This document shows, piece after piece, positions 8,120-19,700 of a stretch of DNA of 64,000 bases. The DNA is from Akkermansiaceae bacterium (GTDB lineage: Bacteria; Verrucomicrobiota; Verrucomicrobiia; Verrucomicrobiales; Akkermansiaceae): NCBI GenBank assembly GCA_051251915.1, contig JBPOGF010000018.1:1-64000 (forward strand), given 5' to 3'. How positions within the stretch are numbered: the first letter of the stretch is position 1; each line of letters starts with the position of its first letter. The notes beneath the pieces were generated by a model. That model was not told the origin of the DNA and searched no databases. It saw only the letters and a list, made by a program, of their open reading frames with translations. Made by a program: the position numbers and the translations under genes.

Positions 8120-10288
8120 TTAGAAGGTGTAAGTAGCTTGCAAGTTAATGGAGCGGTCTTGACCTAGGAATGTGCTTGTGGTTGCAGGTCCGTAGGATGT
8201 GGTTGTTTGATTTGTTTGGACGTACTGTCTGTCGAATAGATTTGAGACATTGAGTTGGAAGTCCATGTCGTTCCATTTGTATCCGAGCATTGCATCAATC
8301 GTGGTGTGTGATGGAGTGTCGTATAGGTCTAGTCCATCTGAAGTGTTGCCGGTGAAGCGGACGCCGAGACCGGAGCGGAAGTTTGCTAGTGGTCCTTCTT
8401 CTGGTTGGTAAGTTACCCATGCTGATGCTTGGTGTTTAGGGACGCCTGCTAGGGCAGGAGATCCTGCAGTGTCGTTATTTTTGGTTTGTAGGTATGTGTA
8501 GCCTGCTAGGAAGTAGAAGTCATTATAACGATGGCGGATACCTAGTTCAGCACCGTTTGCTTCAACGCTGCTGGACTGAATGACTGCAATAGGATCTGCT
8601 AATACACGGTTTTCTTCTTCGATTCTGAAGTATGATGCTGTGATGAGCGTGTCTTCTTTCGGCATCCATTTAACACCGAACTCGTGTTGAGTTCCGGTCT
8701 TAGGCTTGAGTGCTGTAGTGGACTTACTATCGAAGCCTTGTGGTTCGAATGACTCGGCGTATGAGTAGTATGGCGAGATACCATGCGGTAGCTGATACAT
8801 GAGTCCAGCATCGAAGGAATAGTTTGTTTGTTTGTCCGTATTCTGAAGATTACTTTTTAACTCGTAGTGGTCGAAGCGTACGCCTGCAGAGGCTATGAGA
8901 TGGCCGATTTCTACATGATCGTGGAGGAAGATTCCGAAGAGTTCTTCCGTGGTGTTGAGGTTAGTAGATAGGTCTGGCAGTGTGGATGCTCCGTTGCCAT
9001 ATACAGGGTCAACAAAGTTGAGGAAACCGTTGTAGACGTATGGGAGACCGAAGAGCCCTGGGTTGGCAGGAAGTGTGTTGCGGTCACGTTTTGCTCTGGT
9101 GAAGTCTACTCCGAATCGGACATCGTGGTTTACAGATCCTGTTTCATATTTCCCATTAAGAACCATATTTCCTGAGAACACATCCATTTCTTGATCTGAT
9201 CCATAGAGCAGGCGGTGATAGTAGCCGTCTGGTGATGCTCCGAAGAATGCTTGTGCAACTGCAGGAGGGACGATGGTATTTTCAACATATTCAGCTGATG
9301 AATTCACATATCTCATGGTTGATGTGACGGAGTATGTTTCGTTGAACTTATGCTTGAAGATTGCGGAGACACTTTTTTGGTCAGTGTTGTAGCGGTCGAG
9401 GTTTGGCTCACCGCCGTAGCGCTCATTGGTTAGGGTGTAGCCTGGGATCTGAGTAGCCTCGTATGGGTAGAACTGGAGTGAGGGCTTGCTTTCATTTTCT
9501 TGGAGGTTCAAGAGTAATGATAGTGTTGTGTCCTCAGTAGGTTTCCAGGTGATGGAGGGCATGAGGAATCTGGAGTCGTCATTTACGAAGTCGACATAGG
9601 TATCTGAATTTCTGTAGTAACCTACGACGCGGAGGAAGAGGGTTTCTTCAGCATTGAGTGCTGTGTTGTAATCAAGACCTAGTTGGAAACGATCATCGCT
9701 GCCGTAGCTGGTCATGAGTTGATTACTGATGTTGGGGCCTGCTATTTTAGACGTTGTGTTAACGGTGCCACCAACTGTGCCGCGTCCGAAGAGGATAGAG
9801 GCGGGTCCTTTAATGAAGTCTACTTGATCAACCGCGTAGGCTTCTGTTGGGGTGTTGTTGTAGAAATTAAAGTTGTTCTGGAGGCCGTCACGGTAGTTGA
9901 GTGCTTCTAGGCCGCGGATACGGATGAAATCTTGGCGAGTATCGAGACCGAAGTAGCTGCTTTCAACACCAGGGACATAGCGTGCGGCTTCTTCTAGGTT
10001 CTGTGCGCCTCGCTGGGTGAATTGCTCACTGGTGACGGTTTCTACAGCACGTGGTGTTTCGAAGATGGAATATGGAAGTTTAGAACCTAGGCCTAGATCT
10101 GTATTAATGAATGGCTTAATCGCGTTATTCTCTGGTGATTGCTCTCCGATAACGGTTGATTGTTCAAGAGTTTCTAGGTTTTCTGCGGAAGATGAACTCT
10201 GCGCCGTTTGGGCTTGTGATGATACTGTAACGGCTAATCCTGTGGTGATTACCGCAGTTAGTTTTGGTATTAATGATTTCGTTTTCAT
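8120..10288 (-). CDS. TonB-dependent siderophore receptor
   Basis: Signal peptide, plug motifs (ETPRAVETV, IRIRG, KGPASILFG), NLFDRQY, and C-terminal beta strand ending YTF. Confidence 0.9.
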   Translation of the reverse strand: MKTKSLIPKLTAVITTGLAVTVSSQAQTAQSSSSAENLETLEQSTVIGEQSPENNAIKPFINTDLGLGSKLPYSIFETPRAVETVTSEQFTQRGAQNLEEAARYVPGVESSYFGLDTRQDFIRIRGLEALNYRDGLQNNFNFYNNTPTEAYAVDQVDFIKGPASILFGRGTVGGTVNTTSKIAGPNISNQLMTSYGSDDRFQLGLDYNTALNAEETLFLRVVGYYRNSDTYVDFVNDDSRFLMPSITWKPTEDTTLSLLLNLQENESKPSLQFYPYEATQIPGYTLTNERYGGEPNLDRYNTDQKSVSAIFKHKFNETYSVTSTMRYVNSSAEYVENTIVPPAVAQAFFGASPDGYYHRLLYGSDQEMDVFSGNMVLNGKYETGSVNHDVRFGVDFTRAKRDRNTLPANPGLFGLPYVYNGFLNFVDPVYGNGASTLPDLSTNLNTTEELFGIFLHDHVEIGHLIASAGVRFDHYELKSNLQNTDKQTNYSFDAGLMYQLPHGISPYYSYAESFEPQGFDSKSTTALKPKTGTQHEFGVKWMPKEDTLITASYFRIEEENRVLADPIAVIQSSSVEANGAELGIRHRYNDFYFLAGYTYLQTKNNDTAGSPALAGVPKHQASAWVTYQPEEGPLANFRSGLGVRFTGNTSDGLDLYDTPSHTTIDAMLGYKWNDMDFQLNVSNLFDRQYVQTNQTTTSYGPATTSTFLGQDRSINLQATYTF

Positions 10289-10341
10289 GGAATGATTATC
10301 TTGTGTTCTTAGGAGAGGACGTGGGCTGTAACATAATCACT

Positions 10342-10360
10342 ATTGAGACGCAATTGCAAT
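10342..10360. promoter_or_regulatory. Possible Fur-type or other iron-regulator operator
   Basis: Imperfect palindrome ATTGAGA-CGCAA-TTGCAAT about 55 nt upstream of the receptor start. Confidence 0.35.
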
Positions 10361-10790
10361 TAGGTGAGTATTTAGAATAACTGTTTGAATAGGATTTCGA
10401 TGGTTCTAAAAGTCAGTGGTTTAGGCGATCTACGGCTATTCACATTGGCATCGTTTTTTTACTAGAAACTTTTGTTTAGCGCATTTTATACGGTGGTGTT
10501 TTAGAATAGCCTTCGGGTTGGGGAGCATTGAACCACCAGCCTTTGTTGTTCTAGAGTCACGGATATTCAAGGACTCCTTCACGATATCTTGACATGCGCA
10601 GCAATGGTCCCCAGCGACGACAATGCTGGCTGCCTTTAGAAAATAGAACTAGGTTTGTTTCTTTTGGGGAGGCTTATCTTGACAAGAGAAGTGTCAGGTT
10701 TCAAAAGTGGTAGTGCTTTTTATATTCTGATGATTTATTCTATTTTCTTGTTACTTCATCTTGTTTTTTAGCCTTATTATTTAAAACATC

Positions 10791-11531
10791 ATGAAATTTC
10801 TATTTATTACTATGTGCATGGGGTCGATGCTTTCGGTCGCTTCTGCGGAGAAGGTTCCAGCCAAGACATTGGATTTATTGGCTTGGAAGTTGACTTTGCC
10901 GATTGTTAAGGTGGGGCAGAAGTCTGCGGTGGAGGTGAAGCAGCCTGGGCTTATGTCATTTAGTAATCCTGGTTATTTCTATACTGACGAGAAGGATATG
11001 GGAGTGGTTTTCCGTGCGTCTTGTGGGGGAAATACTACGCCGAATTCTAAGTATCCTCGGTGTGAATTACGCGAGATGACTGGTGATGGGCGGGGGCGGG
11101 CTTCTTGGGAGACTGGTGGTAAGGAGGTGCATACGATGACGATGCGGGTAGCGATAACGCATACTCCAGAGGTGAAGCCACATGTGGTGTGTGCGCAGAT
11201 TCATGATAGTGAGGATGACTTGATCATGGTGCGTCTGGAGGGGAAGCATTTATTTGTGGAGCGTAAGCCGCATGAGGATGTGTCGATCAATCGTGATTAT
11301 GTTTTAGGGACGCCGTTTGATCTTAAGATAGAGGCTCAGAATGGGGGTGTGAAGGTTTGGTATAATGGATCTCAGAAAATGGACTGGGAGGTGGATGCGA
11401 AAGGGTGCTATTTTAAAGCGGGATGTTACACACAGTCTAATATCCAAAAAGGTGACTCTGAAAAAGCGTACGGCGAGGTTAAGATATACAGCTTGGAGGT
11501 GAAGCATGAGAAACTAAAGCAGGAGCCGTAA
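10791..11531 (+). CDS. Polysaccharide lyase family 7 (alginate lyase-like)
   Basis: Signal peptide and PL7 motifs RCELRE, QIH, YFKAGCYTQ. Confidence 0.9.
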   Translation: MKFLFITMCMGSMLSVASAEKVPAKTLDLLAWKLTLPIVKVGQKSAVEVKQPGLMSFSNPGYFYTDEKDMGVVFRASCGGNTTPNSKYPRCELREMTGDGRGRASWETGGKEVHTMTMRVAITHTPEVKPHVVCAQIHDSEDDLIMVRLEGKHLFVERKPHEDVSINRDYVLGTPFDLKIEAQNGGVKVWYNGSQKMDWEVDAKGCYFKAGCYTQSNIQKGDSEKAYGEVKIYSLEVKHEKLKQEP

Positions 11532-11646
11532 GCTTATTTTATTAACAGAAAAATCAATGGAATTAGTTGGGAGAAAGTTTATGTTAAATCAAGCAAAACA
11601 GTCTCGCAACCGCGCTTAGTAAGCAGTAAAACAACGTTATCAAATT

Positions 11647-14592
11647 ATGAAAAAGAATTTACCCCTCATCGCCACTTTGTCAGCCGCAGCTATTGCTGGC
11701 GGGATAAGTGTGGCTCAAACGCAGGCACCTGATGCGAAAGTTAAGATCGAAACTAAAGTTGAATCTAAAGACCAGACTGAGAAAAACCTTAGCTCTGCGA
11801 AGTCAGATACCTCACGAGCTAAAGGCACGGCGCGGAAGTGGGCGCAGGAGCAGTCTGATATTAAGGCTGATGGAAAGACGCTATACGGCACATTGGAAAA
11901 TGGGATGCGTTATGTCATTCATAAGAACGCGCTTCCGCCGGAACGTGTTTCATTCCGACTTCATGTGGATGCGGGGTCACTGAGTGAGTCTGATTCTCAG
12001 CGTGGGGTGGCGCATTTTCTTGAGCACATGGTTTTCAATGGAACAAAATCATTTCCTGATGCTACTAAGTTAGTGCCGCAGATGCAGCGACTTGGGATTG
12101 CCTTTGGAGCTCATGCGAATGCTTATACTTCGTTTGATGAGACTGTTTATATGCTGGATCTTCCTGATGTGAAGAAATCTACTATTGATCTCGCTTTTAA
12201 TGTGATGGGTGATTTTGCAGATGGTGCGCTTCTTACTGATGAGGAGATAGATGAGGAGAGGGGAGTTATTTCGTCTGAGAAGACTTCACGAGATTCGATC
12301 AATATGCGGATGATGGAGAAGCAGTTTGAGCATTTGATGCCAAATTCTTTGTTGCCTAAGCGTTTTCCGATAGGGACTGATGAGGTTATAGCTAAAGCTC
12401 CGCGTGCTGAGTTTGTGGATTTTTATACACGTTATTACACGCCTGAGAAGATGACCTTTATTGTGGTGGGTGACATTGATGTGGCTGAGATGGAGCAACG
12501 AGTTCATGATCATTTTGGTGGGATTAAGAATCCTGCTGAGCCAGGGAAGCCTGGGACTGTGGGTGATGTATCAGGTGCGAAGGGATTCCACACAGCGGTC
12601 TTTTCTGACAAAGAACTTACCTCTACTGATGTGTCGTTGATTCAGGTTAGAGCTAAGGAAAAGGTGATTGATTCGAAGGCGAATCGTGCAGAGAAGCTTC
12701 CGTTGGGGATAGCTCATGCGATTATTAATCGCAGATTTTCAAGGTTGGCGAAGAAGGAAAATGCGCTGATCACTAGTGGTTCAATAAGCTCGTCCTTGTT
12801 CTTCCGTGAGGCTGAGATTGGTAGCATTGATGTCACTGCTAAAGATGGAAACTGGCAGGCGGTGGTGCCAGTGTTGGAGCAAGAGCTACGCCGTGCGGTG
12901 GAGCATGGTTTTACACAATCTGAGATTGATGAAATCACAGCGGGTATGATGAATAGCTATGAGCAGAATGTGGTGAGAGCTGCTACTAAGAAGACTGATT
13001 CAATTGCGTCTTCAATCGCTAAGCATATTCATGGAGATTTCGTTTATTCAACGCCGGAGGATGATCTTGCTATTTTCCAAGAGAATTTAAAGTTGGTTAC
13101 TCCTGAAGCTTGTCACAAGGCGCTCAAGGATTTCTGGAACACTGAGGATATGACGTTAGTTCTAAGTATTCCTGAGGAGCCAGAGAATGCGGAAAAGTCA
13201 CTTGCTGCACTCTATCAGCGCTCCAAGTTAGCGAAAGTAGAGGCTGAAGTTCAGAAAGAGGTGGCTGAATTTGGGTATACTGATTTTGGCAAGTCTGGAA
13301 CGGTAGAGAGTAACAACCACATTGCGGATTTGGACATCTATCAGTTAGAGTTTAGCAATGGAGTTAAAGTGAACTATAAGAAGACGGACTTTGATAAAAA
13401 CCAAATTTTGATTAGTTCAAGTTTTGGAACTGGTAAGCTAGGGATGCCACAGGATAAGTCAGGCTTGGATATGTTGGCTGGTGCTGTTGCGAATGGTGGT
13501 GGGTTAGGAAAGCATAGTGCTGATGATCTCCGCACGTTACTTGCTGGGAAAAATGTTGGTGTAGGTTTAGGGATCGGTGATGATTCATTTTCTATCGGTG
13601 GTGCAACTACTCCGGATGATTTAGAACTTCAGCTCCAGCTTCTTTGTGCTTCTCTAACAGATCCAGGATTCCGTCCTGAGGCTGAGAGACAGTTCAAGGC
13701 TCAGTTGCCGATGTTATTCTCACAACTTAAGCACTCAGCTGGGGGTGCACAGGCTAAAATGTCTGGGTGGCTTCACGGTGATGATGGTAGATTTACAGTT
13801 CCAACCATAGAACAAGCGCAGGCATTGGGCACTGCGGATGTGGTTAATTGGATGAAGCCTCAGATGCTTGAGAGTGCATTGGAGATAGGGATTGTGGGTG
13901 ACATTGATACAAAGAAACTTATCCCGCTTCTAGCTAAGACAGTTGGTGCGCTTCCAGCACGTAAGCCAGCGGAAGAGGTAGCTGACTCACTTAGGGCGAT
14001 TACTATTCCTGAGACGCCAGTGACTAAGAAATTTGGTTTTGAGAGTAAGGTTCCTACTGCGGTATCTATCGTAGGGTGGAAGGCTGAGGATAATACTGAT
14101 CACGATGTTAAGCTTGCTAGACGTGCGGGTATTCTCGCAGAAATCCTTAGTGATCGTATGCGTGTGAAACTCCGTGAGGAACTTGGTGATGCTTATTCAC
14201 CTGGTGCGGGATCACAGTTATCAGAAACCTATAAGAACGTAGGGTTTGTTCTGGCCTATAGTCCGGTGAAGCCGGAGGACTTAGATAATGTAAGCGAAGT
14301 GATCGTAGCGCTTGGAGCTAAGTTTGCTAAAGAAGGGGCTACTGAGGATGAACTTAAGCGTGCGCTAACTCCTCGTATTGGAATGCTTACGAAGTCGCTG
14401 CGACAGAATTCTTATTGGTTGGGTAGTGTGGTAGCTGAATCTCAGACGAAGCCTTATGTGCTGGACTGGGCACGTGGTAGAGATGCGGATTATAAATCGA
14501 TCAATCTAGAGGATATCAATGCTCTGGCTAAGAAATACCTCACTAGCGACCGTGCTATGTCTATTAAGATAGCTCCGGATGCGGCTAAGTAG
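11647..14592 (+). CDS. M16 family zinc peptidase (PqqL-like), exported
   Basis: Inverted zinc motif HFLEH, NAYTSFDETVY, LREELGDAYS; signal peptide. Confidence 0.9.
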   Translation: MKKNLPLIATLSAAAIAGGISVAQTQAPDAKVKIETKVESKDQTEKNLSSAKSDTSRAKGTARKWAQEQSDIKADGKTLYGTLENGMRYVIHKNALPPERVSFRLHVDAGSLSESDSQRGVAHFLEHMVFNGTKSFPDATKLVPQMQRLGIAFGAHANAYTSFDETVYMLDLPDVKKSTIDLAFNVMGDFADGALLTDEEIDEERGVISSEKTSRDSINMRMMEKQFEHLMPNSLLPKRFPIGTDEVIAKAPRAEFVDFYTRYYTPEKMTFIVVGDIDVAEMEQRVHDHFGGIKNPAEPGKPGTVGDVSGAKGFHTAVFSDKELTSTDVSLIQVRAKEKVIDSKANRAEKLPLGIAHAIINRRFSRLAKKENALITSGSISSSLFFREAEIGSIDVTAKDGNWQAVVPVLEQELRRAVEHGFTQSEIDEITAGMMNSYEQNVVRAATKKTDSIASSIAKHIHGDFVYSTPEDDLAIFQENLKLVTPEACHKALKDFWNTEDMTLVLSIPEEPENAEKSLAALYQRSKLAKVEAEVQKEVAEFGYTDFGKSGTVESNNHIADLDIYQLEFSNGVKVNYKKTDFDKNQILISSSFGTGKLGMPQDKSGLDMLAGAVANGGGLGKHSADDLRTLLAGKNVGVGLGIGDDSFSIGGATTPDDLELQLQLLCASLTDPGFRPEAERQFKAQLPMLFSQLKHSAGGAQAKMSGWLHGDDGRFTVPTIEQAQALGTADVVNWMKPQMLESALEIGIVGDIDTKKLIPLLAKTVGALPARKPAEEVADSLRAITIPETPVTKKFGFESKVPTAVSIVGWKAEDNTDHDVKLARRAGILAEILSDRMRVKLREELGDAYSPGAGSQLSETYKNVGFVLAYSPVKPEDLDNVSEVIVALGAKFAKEGATEDELKRALTPRIGMLTKSLRQNSYWLGSVVAESQTKPYVLDWARGRDADYKSINLEDINALAKKYLTSDRAMSIKIAPDAAK

Positions 14593-14624
14593 GTTTTATT
14601 AATAAGTATATAGTGCCACCTCTT

Positions 14625-14674
14625 AAAAACTTACCCCTTGTAGAAATTATATCTGTGAGGGAGTAAGTTTTTTT
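14625..14674 (+). terminator. Rho-independent terminator
   Basis: AAAACTTACCCC...GGGAGTAAGTTTT hairpin followed by a T run, after the M16 gene. Confidence 0.65.
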
Positions 14675-15545
14675 GTTTTTAGAGGATTTTGTTGGATGGG
14701 TGTAGTGATAAAGGGGGGGATCCTTCGGTTATCTTGTTCAAGCCTGCTGTAATGTTTGTTTCATTGTGTTCACTTGTTCTAGCACAGATTGGTAAGAATG
14801 TAGGATTTGTTCAGGCATATAGTCCGAGTAAGCCTGAGGGCTGAAGTAACGTCGGCCTAGTGAACGTAAATCTTGGCTAGAGAAGAAGCGACTGAAGGTG
14901 GTGCTCAAGCTCGCTATAGCGCCGAGCATAGGGATATTCTCGGAGTTATTCCCCAAAACTCTTACTAACTGGGTTGTGCTGGTAACGAGCTCACAGACGA
15001 GGCCATGCTTGTAGGAATGGTCTAGTGGTCGATATTTAGACTACTTCAAGCTATAAGACGGAAGAGGTTAACGCCTTAGCTGTGATATGTTTCATGAGTG
15101 AGTGGTCATTGACTATTAAGATAGTTACTAAGTCTGTGTAGTCATAAGAATCAGTATTATATTACAACATGTTTCACTATTCTTTATATTACTACTATAT
15201 TTGTAATATTGTTTCACGTTGGTTTTTGGGTCTGTGTTTTTAATCTGTCAATACGTTGTGTTGGCTTTATTTGATGAGTTTTATGCTGTCTATCAATGAT
15301 TTATGTGAATTGTAGATATTTTGTAATTTTAGATATTAAGTATATTTTTATTATCATTAAAAGTTAATTTTTGCAAAATCACGAATAAATATCGCCATTA
15401 TTGGTATTTTTTATAAAACGCGATGACGCCGATATTTAAGAAATCAGCAACATGTTGGTTCATTAATTTTAAACGTCTAATCGAGAAAAGACTAATTCAA
15501 TAGTGAGTTACGAATTTTCAAAACAATCATCCCTAAAATAATATA

Positions 15546-16532
15546 ATGAAAATAAAATATAATAAGTCACTCCTGTCATTAGTCATAGCAGCTGTGACAG
15601 TAACACAGGCCAATGCTCAGTCCTTAGATGCACTGTATGAATATAATCTGATCACTAAGGGTGATCTTGATATTCAGTCAGAGGTAGAAGGTAGAACTCT
15701 AGTTGGTGGAAACTATGTAGACGGTGGAACCTCTAACTTTGGTATTCATCTTAACCAAAGCCCGTCAACGATATCGCCAACACTTACTGTGGTAGGTGAG
15801 GTTATTACAGGTAGCGTTATCAATGTAACAGGCGGAAGCGTCGTAGTAGGGGGCTCAGCAAACGGAAGAAAGTTTAATATCCAGAACTCACAAAATGTTT
15901 CAGGCCTGACAGCTACTGATAATACTGGGATTAGTTTTACTGAAACTTTCAATCAATTAGATCTAGCTAGTCAACAGCTAGCTACTTTTGCTACTAACTC
16001 AGGGAATACATACTCAACTGATGGTGGTGGTAATGTAATTCTGAATATAGCGTCTATCACAGATGGTGTTACGGTCTTTAATGTTGATGAGTCAATATTC
16101 GGATATGCAGACGGAGTAACAGGTGGCGTAAATGGTAGGCAACTAAATTTAAGTGGTTTAGATTACTCAGGTTCGACAGTTGTAATAAACGTGTCTAGTG
16201 GTACTGATGGTATTATTAATACGCTTCATTCCCAAGGATCTGGCTTTATGAACGGCTTCACTGATAATGTAATATTCAACTTCTACGATGCTAAAGAAGT
16301 GAACATTAACAACCAATTCTTTGGAAGTATCTTGGCTCCTAATGCCCTAATTGATACTCAGGGTAAAGCTACTATTGATGGATCTGTTTATGCTAATTCT
16401 TTGGTGTCAACTAATGAGATTCATGATCCCCTTTTTGGAGGATCTATCAAGTTTGAAACAGTTCCTGAGCCGTCTTCAACACTCTTACTAGGTCTTGGAG
16501 GTCTAGGTTTACTAGCTCGCCGTAAGAGGTAA
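15546..16532 (+). CDS. Choice-of-anchor A domain PEP-CTERM surface protein
   Basis: Motifs SEVEGRTLVGGN, VIFNFYDA, GSILAPNA, EIH; C-terminal VPEPSS-TM-RRKR. Confidence 0.85.
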   Translation: MKIKYNKSLLSLVIAAVTVTQANAQSLDALYEYNLITKGDLDIQSEVEGRTLVGGNYVDGGTSNFGIHLNQSPSTISPTLTVVGEVITGSVINVTGGSVVVGGSANGRKFNIQNSQNVSGLTATDNTGISFTETFNQLDLASQQLATFATNSGNTYSTDGGGNVILNIASITDGVTVFNVDESIFGYADGVTGGVNGRQLNLSGLDYSGSTVVINVSSGTDGIINTLHSQGSGFMNGFTDNVIFNFYDAKEVNINNQFFGSILAPNALIDTQGKATIDGSVYANSLVSTNEIHDPLFGGSIKFETVPEPSSTLLLGLGGLGLLARRKR

Positions 16533-16584
16533 TAAGATGCAGTCAGTCTGCTTGTAGAAGCAGCTACTGAGCAATTTACAATCT

Positions 16585-16618
16585 AAGCTCGTTATGGTTT
16601 ATCCGTAGCGAGCTTTTT
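16585..16618 (+). terminator. Rho-independent terminator
   Basis: AAGCTCGTTATGG-TTTAT-CCGTAGCGAGCTT followed by a T run. Confidence 0.75.
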
Positions 16619-16798
16619 CTATGGTGTGCCAAGCAATGATGCAGTGTATTGAAGGTTAAATTAGCTTGAGGATTCTGCAGAGAGAGCCACTAGCTGAACG
16701 GCAAGGTTACGGTCGTGAGGCAGTGAGAAAGAGGAGGGTGCAATGTGAAATTTGCATGGTGTAACTAGAGAGGGTGGAGCATTTCTAATGCTACGGGA

Positions 16799-19700
16799 TT
16801 AGAGGGAGGGGTAGAAGGATTCTGCCCAGGCGGAGAGTTGGGTGGAGAAGAGGAGGATGGCGGCTAGGGCGAAGAAGAGGATGGCGGTGAGGAGTTTGAT
16901 CTTGGAGGTGTGGTTCTTTTGGAAGTTGATGAGGGCGTTGCTCTTCATGCCTCCCATGGCTAGGGCGAAGATGATGATGAGGGGGAGGACGAATGCTAGG
17001 TTGTAGATGACTAGCATGGTGACGGCGTCTTGGTTGCCTTCGTTTATTTTGTAGATGATGGGGGCGTAGACTTGGCCGGTGCAGGCGAGTTCTAGGACGG
17101 AGATGGCGATGCCGGAGCCGAAGGCGGCGAGGATGTAGAGGCTGGATTTGGAGTTTTCTCGGATGACGCTGCGGATTTTGTTTTTGAGGAAGGAGGGGAG
17201 CTGGAGGGTCATGTCTTGTAGTCTGCCTTGGCGGGCGCGCCACCAGTCGCGTAGGGAGAGGATGGCTACGAGGAGGGAGAAGCCGGCGAAGATGTAGTTT
17301 AGGGCTGAGCGGATCCATTGGTAGCTGGTGTTGGCGGTGAGCCATTCGAGCGCTTTGGAGAAGAGGAGGCCGAAGGATAGGTAGGAGAGGAATACGGCGA
17401 GGATGAAGGCGAAGCCAACGAAGAAGATTTCTTTGGCGGAGCGCTTGGCGATGGTGAGGTAGGAGAGGAAGAAGATGATGGTGGCGAAGGCGCAGGGGTT
17501 GATGCCATCTAGGAGGCCGCCGGCGATGACGATGGGGAGGGTGAGGTCGCTGTAGGATTTGTCTACGGCTTGCTTGGCGAGCTGGATGTCTGCTTCTTTT
17601 TCTAGTGAGTGCCAGTCTGGCTGCTCTGGGGTGGCCATGGTGTCTGCGAGGAGCTTGGCGAGGTCACGGGGGTTGATGTATGTGCCTACTAGGTATCCGT
17701 GGGAGGTGTAGATGGCGGGGGCTTTGCCGATTTGGTTGGCTGGGACTTGGAGTTTGTTAGAGAGGTGGTTGTTGAGGAGGAGGCCGTCTGAGCTGTCAAC
17801 TAGTTGTCTGTTGATTTCTAGGAGTGGGAAGTCTTGCTTGAGGTTCTTGAGGTAAGTTTCTACTTCGAGGCATTTTTTGCAGCCGGTTTTCTCGAAGAAG
17901 ATGATGACGAGTTTTTCGCGTTTGGCTGTATTTTGATCATCTTCTGGGGTGGTGAGGTGTTGTGGTTCTTCGGATGCGTCTGAGGTTTTGGCTAGGGCGT
18001 TGAAGGTGGTGAAGCCGGCGCCGGAGTTTTTGTCGCTGGTGGAGTCGGTGCCGAAGTGTTGGTTGATTCTTGAGTGATAGCTTTTTGATATGCGGTTGAA
18101 GTCTACGTAGGCGAGTAGTGGGCGCATGCCTTTGCCCATTCGTGCGTAGTTGGACTGGACGTAGTTTGAGAGTCTGTAGGTGACATCGGATTCTTTTCCT
18201 TGTTGGGGGATGTGGTTGATGAATCTCTGGAGGTTGATGGTTCTGGAGTGTGAGAGGAGGGTGAACATGGCCTCGAATCTGTTTTTGGGTGAGGTGTCTG
18301 ACTTTGCCATTTCCTGAAGTGCTGCTTCGATTTTTTCAGAGATGCGGCGGTTGTTTTTGTTAGAGTAGTAGGAGCTGTCTCCTCTGGTCTCGGTGTCTGA
18401 GAAGATGAAGTTCCATGCGGAGCCTGCGCGGGTGTGGCAGTCTGCGAGTGCGGCTCTGACATCTGGGTGTGGGTCTGCTAGGAGTTTGCTGATGTTTTCT
18501 TCATACCAAGAGGAGTTGATGGTGCCGAGGGTGTGCCAGGCGGCGCGTCTGACCCAGGGGTTTATGTTGGTGGTGAATGATGAGATGAGTTCGTTGTCTG
18601 AGCTGGTTGCCATTTTCCTGAGGAGGACTAGGCTGAGGATTTTGGTTTGGTCGTTGAGCTCTGGTTTGTTGAGTTGTTCGGTGCACCATTGGTGAAACAT
18701 GGTGCGGGTGCTGGCGTCGCCAGCGGCATTGTCTGTGGAGTAGCTGTAGGCATCTGCGCCGGTGATTTTGGTGTCTTTTTGGAGGAGGGCGTTTAGTGCG
18801 GAGTGGATGAGGACTTTGTTGTTTTCGTTGCGGAAGGCGGCGGAGATGGCTTTGGTGCGGATGTCTTTGGAGGGGTCTTGGAGTAGGGCTAGGATGATGG
18901 GGACGGATTTTTGTTGTCTGGGGTTGTAGAGTGCTTCTGCTAGGGCGGCGCGTTTGCTGATGGGCATTTCGCTGACGTTGCCATCGATGAGGGCGAGGCC
19001 TCGTTTGTCGCCAGCTTTGGTGAGGAGGAGGGCAATTTTGAAGGATTGCTCGGTGCTGGGTTGTGATTTAGCGAGGTCGTAGATGGTGTTGACGAGGTTG
19101 GTGATTCCGCCGGTGGAGGTGGCGGCGTTACTGGAGTCGATGGAGTCTGGGAGGACGGGCTTGCCGCCGGGGAGGAGGAAGTGATTGTAGAGGGCATCTA
19201 GGCTGGTGTTGGTGGGTCTGTTAGATGCGGTGGAGTTAGTGGTGGTGTTATTTAGGTAGCGTAGTGCGGGGCTGGTGCTGTTGTTGGCGGGGATGTCTAG
19301 GCTGTTGAGGATGGCGGAAATTTTCTCGGTGTTCTTGGATGTGATGGCGTCTGTTAGAGTGTTGGCGACCATGGCTTGCTTGGTTTTATCTTCATCGTCG
19401 GATAGGTATCTGAGGGCGGCGCAGGCGATGTCGATGTCGTTTGAGTTGGCGAAATGGATGAGTGCGTGGAGGGTGTTGGGAGTAGATGCTGAGAAGGCTT
19501 TGAGGGATGGGATGATGATGTCTGCGTCTCTGGTTTTGAGGTGGTCTAGGAGGTCAGTTGGTAGGGTGCTGTCTAGGCTGATGATGGCTTCTGTTAGTGA
19601 GGGAACCATGTCGTCATTTGACTTGTAGAGCTTCATGAGGAGGGGCTTGGCTTCTGTGAGCTTGAGGGAGACGGCGGTTTTGATGGCGTTGTGTCTGACG

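Noticed and set aside
14738..14956. 72-aa minus-strand ORF
   Set aside because: It has a TTG start and no recognisable motif. It may be a gene remnant, but it cannot be supported.
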